A DNA stretch of 64,000 bases, from the IMG/VR virus record IMGVR_UViG_3300035210_000191; one strand, 5' to 3'. The translations under genes were made by a program, and so were the position numbers. This stretch comes from an uncultured virus (IMG/VR IMGVR_UViG_3300035210_000191) (lineage: Duplodnaviria; Heunggongvirae; Uroviricota; Caudoviricetes). The notes beneath the pieces were generated by a model that was not told the DNA's origin, did no database searches, and was given only the letters and a program-made list of their open reading frames with translations. Shown in pieces: positions 29,268-38,758 of this stretch (its first letter is position 1; every line of letters starts with the position of its first letter).

Positions 29268-30287
29268 TTATACTGCTTTAATGGTAAAGAAAGTATCTTG
29301 ATCATCATATTTAGCCGCATTATAGGAAGTGACTTCATATTTACCAGCCGGAACATCAATATAGACAGGTTTGTAATGAGCTTCGAGTGCTTCTAAATCG
29401 TCAATATTTTCAGTATTTTTTCCATTTTCTTTACATAGTTTGATAAATTCATCATAATCCATGCCAAAAACAGCCCATACTGTTGTATCAATTTTACCTT
29501 TTTTGATGGAATCCTTCTTAGATTTACCCATCTTGCAGGTAATTTCATGAGTTTTTGGATTTTGATACAATGTGGGTGATGTATTACCAACTTGAATATA
29601 AATAACTTTTAGGTTATTCCAAAACTCTGTGTTTAATTTTACGCCATAATCACTGTTAATACTATTTCGGTAGCCACATTTATCACTGATGTATTCATCT
29701 GACGTAATGGCAAGTTCTCTATCAAACAAATTCAATAAATAGTTTGAAAAAATTAATTTACCTGATGGTACATCAATCACGTTGCTGTAATGACCCACAC
29801 CTTCTGGGAATTTACACGCTGATTGGGCTTCTTTTACATAGACCCAATATTGTTCTTCGTCTTCTTTCAAGTCATTGGTATAGGTATCACCTTTCTTTTT
29901 CACTTTGAGATTGCAGCCACAATCAACACAGTGGATTTCTTCCATCCAGTGCGGATTACTTTCACCTTTTTTGAAAAATGGCACAATTTCTTCTTTCTTG
30001 TGAATACCTTTAACCAATGGATCTAACAAATAAGAGTCAATTACGCTTAGGTATCGGTCTTTTAAATCTCTCCATAGCCGTTGATTTTCAAAATCGGCCA
30101 TTGGCCTATTATCGACAACCGCTCTCAGATGTCCTTGTAAATTAATAGTTTGACTATTAAAGTTCTCTTTAAAATAAGTATTAAAGATATCTTCTGCTAA
30201 TGCTTTCACAACTGATTTGCTTTTATCAGTTTGTTTAAGATGTTCATTAGCGAAATCGTAAATAGCGGCGTGGTCAATAGGTGTCAT
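29268..30287 (-). CDS. Hypothetical protein
   Basis: 339 aa; CVDC, IDVPSGKLIF, QVGNTSP, VPAGKY. Confidence 0.75.
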   Translation of the reverse strand: MTPIDHAAIYDFANEHLKQTDKSKSVVKALAEDIFNTYFKENFNSQTINLQGHLRAVVDNRPMADFENQRLWRDLKDRYLSVIDSYLLDPLVKGIHKKEEIVPFFKKGESNPHWMEEIHCVDCGCNLKVKKKGDTYTNDLKEDEEQYWVYVKEAQSACKFPEGVGHYSNVIDVPSGKLIFSNYLLNLFDRELAITSDEYISDKCGYRNSINSDYGVKLNTEFWNNLKVIYIQVGNTSPTLYQNPKTHEITCKMGKSKKDSIKKGKIDTTVWAVFGMDYDEFIKLCKENGKNTENIDDLEALEAHYKPVYIDVPAGKYEVTSYNAAKYDDQDTFFTIKAV

Positions 30288-30339
30288 TTTTCAATTCCTC
30301 ATCAATTCTTTTTAAAATGTTAAGTTAAGTTTAATTCTT

Positions 30340-31113
30340 TTATTTACTTTTTACGAAAGTAATTAGCAACTCTTCAAGTGCTTGAATATCTTTATTTACA
30401 TCCACACCTTTACATTCAGAAAGATAAATATTGAAAATGGCTTTTAAAGCAGTTGAATCATGTTCCATCATTTCCAATACATCAATATAATGCAATTTAC
30501 TGGTTGGGTTGTGTTCTTTTTGTAGAGTTTTACAAACATCCATCATGTATTCAAAGAAGCCATGATAGTTTTTATGAAAGACTGTATGAATTTCAACATC
30601 CGTCAGGCCATCAAAAACACCAACTTCTTCAAGCACTTTATGACACCCCAGCCATTTTTCTTGTGCAATCAGTTCTCTGTTATCGTCACAGGTCTTAATG
30701 TTGTCTACAAGTTTAGTCATGTAGTGTTCATAACAATAGTATTCATAACCAATATTATGGATGACTTCATGTTTGCCACAGGCATTGCAAGTAGTTAGCA
30801 TTTTAAACATTTTGTCTTTTTTCATACTGCAATGTTTACATTTCCCCAGTTGGCTGGTGTCACTAAACCGTTGGAATTCATGATCGCAACCCATATAGAC
30901 TTGGTATTTATCCCAAGCCGCTTTTTCAGCCTCGGCCAGCGTAACACCTTCACCACGGATATAACTCATGTCTTTAATAAAGACTTCAAAAAAGACTACG
31001 GAACCAATACCATCAAGTGAACCACCACCCGCCTGCGAACCGGAACCTTCCGGCCATTCGTAAGTGGTTTCTTCTTTGTATTCATTGGTCAGTAGACCTG
31101 TTCTAATTTTCAT
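30340..31113 (-). CDS. Hypothetical protein with putative zinc-binding Cys/His motifs
   Basis: CDH, CKHC, CNAC, CYEH. Confidence 0.7.
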   Translation of the reverse strand: MKIRTGLLTNEYKEETTYEWPEGSGSQAGGGSLDGIGSVVFFEVFIKDMSYIRGEGVTLAEAEKAAWDKYQVYMGCDHEFQRFSDTSQLGKCKHCSMKKDKMFKMLTTCNACGKHEVIHNIGYEYYCYEHYMTKLVDNIKTCDDNRELIAQEKWLGCHKVLEEVGVFDGLTDVEIHTVFHKNYHGFFEYMMDVCKTLQKEHNPTSKLHYIDVLEMMEHDSTALKAIFNIYLSECKGVDVNKDIQALEELLITFVKSK

Positions 31114-31232
31114 CTATTAATTCCCATTAAATTTTCATTATTTTAACACAATTAAGTCGTTCTTTCAAGTCTCTTTAAGTTTGACATCGGCCTGTTTTTT
31201 TGCTATTATTAGACAACAATATTGGAGGCGAG

Positions 31233-31568
31233 ATGACTAACAAAGTAGAAGTTCAGAAAGCAGATAGCGATTTAGTAGATATCTTTGAAAAAGAAACAGC
31301 TATTATCCTTGAAGCCCTCGGCCATCCAGAAGCTATGGTTACTGATGAATCTGAGGTAGGCGATTTTCTTATTTTGCTTTTTGTTGAGCCTAAGACCGCC
31401 GATGATTTTCAGGAAATGCAGAAAATTGCAGAGTATAATAAGCTCAGTCTTGATCACCTTCAATCTATTTTTGATCCTATCTGTGAAGTTACGCGAACAT
31501 CACTCATTGGGGAACTCGCTCAAAAGCTGAGTTTCTATAACGCATCCAAGGTGAAAACACTGCATTAA
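31233..31568 (+). CDS. Hypothetical protein, probable paralog of 25074-25457
   Basis: TTGACA/TATTAT promoter, GGAGG RBS; VDIFEKETAIILEALGHPEAMVTDESEVGDFL. Confidence 0.7.
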   Translation: MTNKVEVQKADSDLVDIFEKETAIILEALGHPEAMVTDESEVGDFLILLFVEPKTADDFQEMQKIAEYNKLSLDHLQSIFDPICEVTRTSLIGELAQKLSFYNASKVKTLH

Positions 31569-31607
31569 TAGCGTGTTTTGTTACCTTTTAACAGATAGGT
31601 AAAACAT

Positions 31608-32270
31608 ATGAAGAAATTTGATAAAGCAGTAGGATCTCGTTACATTAAAAACGATGATCAAATCAACTTTAAAACACCAGCAAAGTCGAGAAGACATATT
31701 TTTCATTTCTACTGGAAAGATAAACGTATTATTAAAGATTGTGCCTACAGTGGTTGGGCCGATTTAGTTAATGACATTTTAAAAACAAACAATATCACAA
31801 CCGAATCGTATTTTAATTACAGTTTGCGTTTTATGGATAAATTTAATTCATTTGCGACTATGTTGAATTATCCGATTATGCTTTATAACAATTATAACTA
31901 TAAGATATCGGTTCATTATGATTCTGATGTTATTGAAGATATGCTGAAACCTAGTCGTGTGATTATTCGTTGGAACAATGGATTCAATCATTGTATTAAT
32001 TTGAATAAAGAAAAAGGCACGTTTGCTGAATATCAACAAGATGATGTAGAAAATTACAAAACCAATGGATTCTTTGTTGATGTTAGAGAATATTCATTTA
32101 CTCGTGGTGATGTATTTATTGAGCATGGCATTACTGATCAAAGTAAAGCAATCAAAGCCTTATTAAGAACGCGATATGAAGACATTCCAGATGAATACAA
32201 AGTAGGTGTCACACCCGAAACGATGGATTATGATTCGTTATGGTTACTGTTTGAGATGTCCACTATTTAA
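31608..32270 (+). CDS. Hypothetical protein, MxxI family
   Basis: Ends MDYDSLWLLFEMSTI. Confidence 0.8.
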   Translation: MKKFDKAVGSRYIKNDDQINFKTPAKSRRHIFHFYWKDKRIIKDCAYSGWADLVNDILKTNNITTESYFNYSLRFMDKFNSFATMLNYPIMLYNNYNYKISVHYDSDVIEDMLKPSRVIIRWNNGFNHCINLNKEKGTFAEYQQDDVENYKTNGFFVDVREYSFTRGDVFIEHGITDQSKAIKALLRTRYEDIPDEYKVGVTPETMDYDSLWLLFEMSTI

Positions 32271-32328
32271 GATTAATTGTTGAAAACAAGAAACCGCAGA
32301 AATGCGGTTTTTGTATTTAATGATAAAA

Positions 32329-33057
32329 TTAACTGTTATAGTTAGTGATAGGTTGTCTACATACTTCATACTCAACCGATGAACCATTTGTAACTTTTAC
32401 AACACTTTTTGTATAAAAATAACTCACAACCAATGTCATTGATATTGGGTTTGTACTATTATTTACATTATAGGATGAACCACCCCAAACAACTGTCTCT
32501 GTATAGTTACCACCCGTAGTAACAGTTTCCCAATAAGTGGCTGGTTGACCACCTGCTGGATGTAGGTAACGACATACTTTTGAACCTAGAATCCCCGTTG
32601 ATGGTATTGTTCTACTATCGACACTGGCAACTGTTTCAGTGATCGTTTCAGTTGTTGGACTGGATACATTTCTGTATTGATCGGTTTCAGCATTATACTC
32701 TCTTGCTTGCACGCTTCTTGTTTTATCTTTTGAACAAGATGTGGATGTTTGAGAGGTTGTATAACCAAAACCAGATGGTTGCTTATTGGATGATGGTGTC
32801 CAATTACAACTGTGCAGTGTTTCATTATAAACCCATGCTGTATACTCAGGTGCAGCAGCTACCCATATTTCTTCTGGTTGTGTTGGGACTTCTGGTGTTG
32901 ATGGTGTGTTGGAAAATGATATAGACCCATTGGCTAGTGAACCACCTTGGCTTTGCTCTAATGGTTCTATGACTACATACTCTGCTTTTACTTGATTTAT
33001 TGATAAAAATATTAAACATACAAAAAACGATAATTTCCATTTATATTCTACTTTCAT
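32329..33057 (-). CDS. Putative secreted/surface protein (PLE-GG-L-NGS family)
   Basis: Signal-peptide-like N-terminus then EYVVIEPLEQSQGGSLANGSISF; Thr/Ser-rich with paired Cys. Confidence 0.7.
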   Translation of the reverse strand: MKVEYKWKLSFFVCLIFLSINQVKAEYVVIEPLEQSQGGSLANGSISFSNTPSTPEVPTQPEEIWVAAAPEYTAWVYNETLHSCNWTPSSNKQPSGFGYTTSQTSTSCSKDKTRSVQAREYNAETDQYRNVSSPTTETITETVASVDSRTIPSTGILGSKVCRYLHPAGGQPATYWETVTTGGNYTETVVWGGSSYNVNNSTNPISMTLVVSYFYTKSVVKVTNGSSVEYEVCRQPITNYNS

Positions 33058-33182
33058 ACAAAAACCTATACATGTTTTTCTATATTTTATCAATAAGAAA
33101 GCTAATGTAAATACTTTTAATAATATATTTTTTTATATATTGTCCTACAATACTATAAGTGTATATAGTCTCTAAACCAATG

Positions 33183-33932
33183 TTATTGTTTGGTATTTCT
33201 AAGATTTAATGAAAATATTACGCAATAATTATTAGTATTTGATAAGATTCTCACCATGTACATTTTATTTTCTTGTTGTTTGAAAAATAAATCGTAACCA
33301 TCTATGTGAATGATGAAATCACCTTCTCTGTTTAATAGATACATTGTTTTATTATCTATGATCTCTTTGCTGATGAACTCTTTTTCTATATGATGAATTA
33401 GCTTGTCTTCAAAAGATTTTGTGAGACTTCTTGAACCACTTTTTTTCATTCGCAATGTGCCACTAAATTCAAAGGCATTTAATAAATCATTTTTATTCAA
33501 TGGTATTAGTTGGTAATCATCTTTTTTCCTAGTAATGATATACTTCACTTTTTTTTCTTTGTAATGCGTAAGAATGTAATCTACAATCAATTCTTGTGAC
33601 AACACTAATGGAATGTTTTTCTTTTCAATTTCGTTTAACTTATTTATGTTAATGTATTCAATAATTTCTTTTGAAAATTCATTAATCACAATCTTATTTC
33701 TTTCGCTAAAATAGAACTCGTTATCGTCATTTTTTAGTAGAACAAATTGCCCACATTGAGATTTTGGCATCTTGGCTTCTATGTAATGAGACAATACATC
33801 ATTTTCGATGACTTGAATATCTGATATTGTGGAGTCAGAACTCCCTTTTGATGTATATTTTCTCATTACATCGCGGTTGGTCTGGTTAAGATAGTCCAGA
33901 CAATTCTTTTCAAATATTTGCCAATTCTTCAT
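33183..33932 (-). CDS. Putative PD-(D/E)XK nuclease (restriction endonuclease-like)
   Basis: WQIFE...SDIQV...YIEAKMPKSQCGQF fits the E...D...ExK catalytic pattern. Confidence 0.55.
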   Translation of the reverse strand: MKNWQIFEKNCLDYLNQTNRDVMRKYTSKGSSDSTISDIQVIENDVLSHYIEAKMPKSQCGQFVLLKNDDNEFYFSERNKIVINEFSKEIIEYININKLNEIEKKNIPLVLSQELIVDYILTHYKEKKVKYIITRKKDDYQLIPLNKNDLLNAFEFSGTLRMKKSGSRSLTKSFEDKLIHHIEKEFISKEIIDNKTMYLLNREGDFIIHIDGYDLFFKQQENKMYMVRILSNTNNYCVIFSLNLRNTKQ

Positions 33933-34060
33933 AAAATAAATTAAATGTTTTCAACAGTTTACCATTTTTTATAAAAAGTCAATAAAATTAATAAGTAATG
34001 ATTTTTTTAAACATTTTAAATTTCAATATCCTTAGCAACACTTAAATCACAAAAAAAATG

Positions 34061-34089
34061 TTGACAATGTAGTACGAATATCGTATTAT
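34061..34089 (+). promoter_or_regulatory. sigma70-like promoter of the tRNA cluster
   Basis: TTGACA-17 nt-TATTAT. Confidence 0.8.
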
Positions 34090-34102
34090 TTACTTATCGA
34101 AA

Positions 34103-34179
34103 CGGAGTGTAGGTCAGCCCGGTAGACCGCTTGCTTTGGGAGCAAGATGCCGCAGGTTCAAATCCTGCCACTCCGACCA
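34103..34179 (+). tRNA. trnP: tRNA-Pro(TGG)
   Basis: Cloverleaf: CGGAGTG/CACTCCG acceptor, CTTGC-TTTGGGA-GCAAG anticodon arm, GGTTCAAATCC T-arm, encoded CCA. Confidence 0.95.
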
Positions 34180-34228
34180 ATTTTAAAAAGTAGAGTAACT
34201 GTGTTGCTCTATTGTTTTCTAAAGAGTT

Positions 34229-34303
34229 TGAAGGGTAGCTCAGTGGGTAGAGCAGCCTGCATTTTGGGCGGGTATGTCGGAGGTTCAAATCCTTCCTCTT
34301 CAA
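34229..34303 (+). tRNA. Atypical or pseudo tRNA (anticodon TTT or TTG)
   Basis: TGAAGGG/CTCTTCA acceptor, GCTC/GAGC D-arm, GGAGG-TTCAAAT-CCTTC T-arm; anticodon arm enlarged by 2 nt; no encoded CCA. Confidence 0.7.
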
Positions 34304-34358
34304 CATTATTACATAAATCTTATACTTCTATAAGGTTTATTTTTTTTGAGGTCTTGTT

Positions 34359-35198
34359 ATGCATCCGAATGTTGAGCCACACTGGTTTATTAAAACATCT
34401 CGTATTTACGGTGTTGAAATCAGTTTCTATTATGATGACATTACAAAAATTATGTATGCATTTTCCAGTAATGGCGTATCGTGTACGTTGACCGATTTAA
34501 AAGACATTCATTTTTATAAAAATAATCAATTCATTCTGCATACTGTTGCTCGTAAAAGCTACGTTTATCAAGGAGCGAGCATTGATAGCGTTATGTATTA
34601 CTTAGAGCAGTCTATCTTTCTTCATGTTACCGATGTGTTATCTGATAAAATTTTTGATCTTATCAAAGATAAACACAATATTAGTTTTATTTTACATCCA
34701 AAAGAAAGACTTTATTTTTTCAGTTACACTGATGGGCATGACTTAGAATACCGTGAAATCTGTATTATGCAGCACGATAATGAATTTTATTTTTCAGGTA
34801 CTGATTTTGTAGATATTCATAGAAGTTTCTTTTCATTTGTGTTAAAATATTCAATCTGTATTTTTGCTTTTTATGAAAGTCTGGAAACTGATAAGCTTTT
34901 ATTTACACAAGATTTGAATAAAGTAGTTGTCAATATGATATACACCAAAAGTTCACAAGAGCTTTTTATTACCAGTCAGCCAAAAGAAAATTATAAAAGT
35001 GACTTGGCAGCATTAGATGAATTAGTGCCAGAAGAAACAGTGGTGATTGCTGGAAGTGAATTGCAAGATTATGTATATCGTTATCTGTATGATTTAGCCT
35101 GTAAAAACTTGAAGCCAAGATTAAATAATGAATACGGCATTGATTTTAATATTGATTATCAAGATGTTTTAAAGCTTAATGATATGATTAGTGTATAA
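34359..35198 (+). CDS. Hypothetical protein, MxxI family
   Basis: GAGG RBS; ends IDYQDVLKLNDMISV. Confidence 0.8.
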   Translation: MHPNVEPHWFIKTSRIYGVEISFYYDDITKIMYAFSSNGVSCTLTDLKDIHFYKNNQFILHTVARKSYVYQGASIDSVMYYLEQSIFLHVTDVLSDKIFDLIKDKHNISFILHPKERLYFFSYTDGHDLEYREICIMQHDNEFYFSGTDFVDIHRSFFSFVLKYSICIFAFYESLETDKLLFTQDLNKVVVNMIYTKSSQELFITSQPKENYKSDLAALDELVPEETVVIAGSELQDYVYRYLYDLACKNLKPRLNNEYGIDFNIDYQDVLKLNDMISV

Positions 35199-35229
35199 AA
35201 ATGAATGAGATGGCTTACATCCATTCACC

Positions 35230-35345
35230 AGATTTAGGACGTGATGGCGAACGGCAGTAGTCTGTTGTGTTAAGCGGGGTTCGAGTCCCTAAACTAGAAG
35301 GTTCGACTCCTTCAGTGCATGGTGCAAAGCATGATGGTCCTATCT
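35230..35345 (+). ncRNA. tRNA-like structured RNA with two tandem T-loop hairpins
   Basis: TAGGAC/GTCCTA closing stem; GGGG-TTCGAGT-CCCT and GAAGG-TTCGACT-CCTTC; GC-rich island in AT-rich DNA. Confidence 0.55.
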
Positions 35346-35365
35346 ATTTTTAAAGGAGAACTGAT

Positions 35366-35536
35366 ATGAACCAAAGAGACATGTTTGAAAAGAGTTTTGA
35401 ACGGCCTACTGATTATTTCAAGTTGTCACCCGATTCTCAGTGGCGAATTGATGATCGACTTGGTATTTTGGACTGGGAAGGTGGTGATTTAAGCCCCGAA
35501 GATCTTCAACGCTTTAAAGAGCATTACAATAAGTAA
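35366..35536 (+). CDS. Small hypothetical protein (56 aa), below the ORF-track cutoff
   Basis: AAGGAG RBS; MNQRDMFEKSFERPTDYFKLSPDSQWRIDDRLGILDWEGGDLSPEDLQRFKEHYNK; terminator follows. Confidence 0.75.
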   Translation: MNQRDMFEKSFERPTDYFKLSPDSQWRIDDRLGILDWEGGDLSPEDLQRFKEHYNK

Positions 35537-35579
35537 TTAGACAATAAAAAAAGACCTTTTCTGGTCTTTTTTTTATTCT

Positions 35580-35990
35580 TTAATATGGATAGTATCCATT
35601 GTAATACACTCTTTGCACAGGTGGTGTGTAGTAAACAGGTCTATCAACATAAATGACTTGTTGTCTTACTGGTGGAGCGTAATAGACAGGTTGTGAATAG
35701 TATACAGGTTGTGGCTGATAACGTCTGCTCATCTCATAATCGTAAGCAGCTTGTTCTCTGGCAGCAGCCTGATATCTGTAACTGTCATTGTAACCTCTGT
35801 TGTAAGCATTGTTATTTCCAGAATTAATGACATAAGATACAGCACCAACTGTTAAAGCTGCAGCCGCAGTGTAACCCACAAATCTACCGAAGTCATTGCC
35901 GCCACCGTGATGATGTCCACCGCGTGCTTGAGCTACACCTACTGATAGTAATGTGCTTGCTAAAACTAAACTTGTGATTATCTTTTTCAT
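35580..35990 (-). CDS. Putative secreted Tyr/Pro-rich protein
   Basis: Signal peptide MKKIITSLVLASTLLSVGVAQA; PVYY repeats. Confidence 0.75.
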   Translation of the reverse strand: MKKIITSLVLASTLLSVGVAQARGGHHHGGGNDFGRFVGYTAAAALTVGAVSYVINSGNNNAYNRGYNDSYRYQAAAREQAAYDYEMSRRYQPQPVYYSQPVYYAPPVRQQVIYVDRPVYYTPPVQRVYYNGYYPY

Positions 35991-36111
35991 GGTAAACTCC
36001 ATTGTGGTGTTATCTTAATCATATCATATCAAAATAATAATCATTTACAATGAGATTTACACAATTATTACATAGCAAAAAAAAGCACCTATTCCTAAGT
36101 GCTTTTGATTT

Positions 36112-36855
36112 TTAAAGTTCCATTTTCTTAACACGACATATTTCTGAATATCCAAAATTAGGATTAGGCCCAGATATTCTTTCATCATCTTCTCTAAAAT
36201 TATCAAAATAAATATACGATGAAGTTGTTACAGGTGAAGACTCTGGATCATAGTCCGCAGGAACATAATACCAAGTAGTAGGTTTAAAATGGTTTAAGCC
36301 AAAAGTGGTTGAATGAAATTCACGAGTGCCATCTATTGTATTCCTAGCTGCATAGTCTGTGCTTGTATTCAAAATACATTCTGGCGTCCAATCTGGTCCT
36401 GTATGATCATCTATCGGTGGTCTATCATCTTCATCTACATCTCCCATTATTGGATATATTGATAAATCATTAGCACAGATTTCAAATACTGATCCTTGTG
36501 GATAGCTTTGCATTTGTTTTCCTTTACTTAAACCCGGTTTTATAAATTTGTTATTAGATGGGCTGTAATAACTAACAACACTTTCACCAGCAATAAATAT
36601 CATATCACCTATTTGATATGGCCCATCCGCCACACCATATAGCACAACATAGTTTTGATTATCATAAATACAATTAGTGCTTGGTGCTTCACCTTCATTT
36701 TCAGTGTTATCACCTTTACCAAAACTTACACTACCATTAGGTAATCCACCACCAGCATCCATTTCTAATGGTACTGCAACTTGATAGGCTGCAAATGTTA
36801 ATTGTGAAAAAGAAGTTATCATCAGCATTGTTGTTATTTTTAATAGCTTTGACAT
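36112..36855 (-). CDS. Putative secreted protein (PLE-GG-L-NGS family), paralog of 37010-37771
   Basis: Signal peptide; AYQVAVPLEMDAGGGLPNGS; GPDWTPECILNT...REFHSTTFGLNH. Confidence 0.8.
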   Translation of the reverse strand: MSKLLKITTMLMITSFSQLTFAAYQVAVPLEMDAGGGLPNGSVSFGKGDNTENEGEAPSTNCIYDNQNYVVLYGVADGPYQIGDMIFIAGESVVSYYSPSNNKFIKPGLSKGKQMQSYPQGSVFEICANDLSIYPIMGDVDEDDRPPIDDHTGPDWTPECILNTSTDYAARNTIDGTREFHSTTFGLNHFKPTTWYYVPADYDPESSPVTTSSYIYFDNFREDDERISGPNPNFGYSEICRVKKMEL

Positions 36856-37009
36856 CTTGTCAACCTTTAAATTATTTATGTATTTATATATATTAACTTG
36901 GTTGTGATTAAAGTCAAATTTATGACTTGTTTCTAAGTTTATGATTTTAATTAATAATATGTCATTATTTTGGCTAAAAAAAAGCACCTATTTCTAAGTG
37001 CTTTATTTT

Positions 37010-37771
37010 TTATAGATCTCTTTTTCTAACTCGACATATTTCAGAATAGCTGAAATTAGGATTAGGTCCAGAAACTCGTGGGTCGCCTGATTGTTCTGAT
37101 TTATCAAAAAATATATATGATGATGGGTTATTTGGATCATAATCAGCAGGAACATAATTCCAGTTTGGGACTGCAACATGATTTAATCCAAACGTTGTTG
37201 AATGAAATTCACGAGAATTGTTGAGCGTGTTTAGTGCTGCATAATCAGTCGTTGTATTTAATATACATTCAGGTGTCCAATCCGGTCCTGAGCGATCATC
37301 TACTGGTGGATCTATTGGTTCCGGTCCCGGCCCACTGAGTGGTGGTAATGATGGATAGCTTGAAAAGTTATCACTACATATTTCATACATCATCGCATCA
37401 GGATTACTACCATCATCTTTTCGAGCACCTTTACTTAGACCACTCGGCACTGTAAAACCTCTTGATGGAATATTAAATCCAATAATTGTTTGGTTGTATC
37501 CATACAATTCATCACCCACCTTGTATACACTGTTCTCTTTATTAAAAACAACAACAAGGTTGTCATCATTGTAGATGCAATTAGTGCTGGCTGGTGGTGG
37601 CGTTCCATTGTCAGGATTGGTTACATTGCCTATTACAATGCTTCCAGTTGGAAGAGCACCACCTTGTGTTGTTTCTAATGGAATTGCGATTCTGTAAGCA
37701 GCAAAAGTTGGCAGTATTCCCACCATAGCTATTAGCAGTGTTGTTAATTTTAATGTCTTAGTCACGATCAT
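37010..37771 (-). CDS. Putative secreted protein (PLE-GG-L-NGS family), paralog of 36112-36855
   Basis: Signal peptide; AYRIAIPLETTQGGALPTGS; GPDWTPECILNT...REFHSTTFGLNH. Confidence 0.8.
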   Translation of the reverse strand: MIVTKTLKLTTLLIAMVGILPTFAAYRIAIPLETTQGGALPTGSIVIGNVTNPDNGTPPPASTNCIYNDDNLVVVFNKENSVYKVGDELYGYNQTIIGFNIPSRGFTVPSGLSKGARKDDGSNPDAMMYEICSDNFSSYPSLPPLSGPGPEPIDPPVDDRSGPDWTPECILNTTTDYAALNTLNNSREFHSTTFGLNHVAVPNWNYVPADYDPNNPSSYIFFDKSEQSGDPRVSGPNPNFSYSEICRVRKRDL

Positions 37772-37864
37772 ACCTTATATTATAAATTATAGTTAAACAT
37801 AGACTACTTTAATTAATGTTAAAGTCAAATATTTATCTTGTTTTTAGAGGATAAAATAATGGCG

Positions 37865-38758
37865 TCATATAGTCGCCATATCTGTTAGGTCTAAGAAACC
37901 TTTAATCATTTCTTTACTATTGAAAACAACATCCATTTTAAATGTTTTCGATGTAAAATCTTCACTCTTTTTTATGATGGATGAATACAATGGAACATTG
38001 ATTTCATCATAGTTGTTGAACACATATTCCAACATTTTTCTTTGTTCTTTCTTATTCAAAATAAAATTAGCATCAAATAAGATGTCTGCTGAGTTTAGAT
38101 TAACGCTTGTTTTAATACCCATTAATCGATCACTTTCAAATCCACATGTCTTTATTAGTTCATGTACCTTATTCACATATGACGATCTATATTTATCAAC
38201 TTCTTCAATTTTAGTTTTACATATTGTTTCATACAATACAGTATTATCTTTAATTACTCTCGATTCTTCGTAATTAAAATAAGGAAATTTAAATTTTGTT
38301 TCATTCAATGGAGCGGCTAACATTCTCATCAAAATTGTTGAATTATTCATTCCACATCGTAATCTATATTTACCAAATTTCTCATAATTTAATGTCATTG
38401 AGAAATCTTTACTATTTTGTTTGAGTGACTTCATTTCTAACACATATTTACAGAATTCATCATTTTCAAATGTAAACCCATCCACTAAAAATTTTACATT
38501 CTTTTCATTAATTAAAATGGCACCTGTGATTACTGTATAACTATTATCATAGACAGACAAAGTACCTTTATTATTATTTTGTATGCCTTGAGACGTAAAA
38601 TCTATATGAATATCATGAAGTCCACGATACTTATTCAAAAGATATGGGAATAAGTCTAATGGTTCATCGTTTAACTGCAACACGCCCTCAACAACACTCA
38701 GTTTAAGTTGTTGAGTATAGATTTTTAAGACTTCTAATTCTTTGGGTGTTATTTTCAT
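37865..38758 (-). CDS. Hypothetical protein, MxxI family
   Basis: Ends MIKGFLDLTDMATI. Confidence 0.75.
   Translation of the reverse strand: MKITPKELEVLKIYTQQLKLSVVEGVLQLNDEPLDLFPYLLNKYRGLHDIHIDFTSQGIQNNNKGTLSVYDNSYTVITGAILINEKNVKFLVDGFTFENDEFCKYVLEMKSLKQNSKDFSMTLNYEKFGKYRLRCGMNNSTILMRMLAAPLNETKFKFPYFNYEESRVIKDNTVLYETICKTKIEEVDKYRSSYVNKVHELIKTCGFESDRLMGIKTSVNLNSADILFDANFILNKKEQRKMLEYVFNNYDEINVPLYSSIIKKSEDFTSKTFKMDVVFNSKEMIKGFLDLTDMATI

Larger units (their letters stand above)
36077..37771 (-). repeat. Tandem duplication of a secreted-protein gene with its terminator
   Basis: AAAAAAAGCACCTATT(C/T)CTAAGTGCTTT occurs at about 36077 and 36976, each next to a highly similar 3' gene end. Confidence 0.75.

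Noticed and set aside
34094..34491. ORFs 34094-34306 (-) and 34147-34491 (+)
   Set aside because: They overlap the tRNA genes and are translations of tRNA sequence.
36856..36987. N-terminal extension of ORF 36112-36987
   Set aside because: It runs through the upstream terminator and intergenic DNA; the signal peptide and paralog alignment put the start at 36855.
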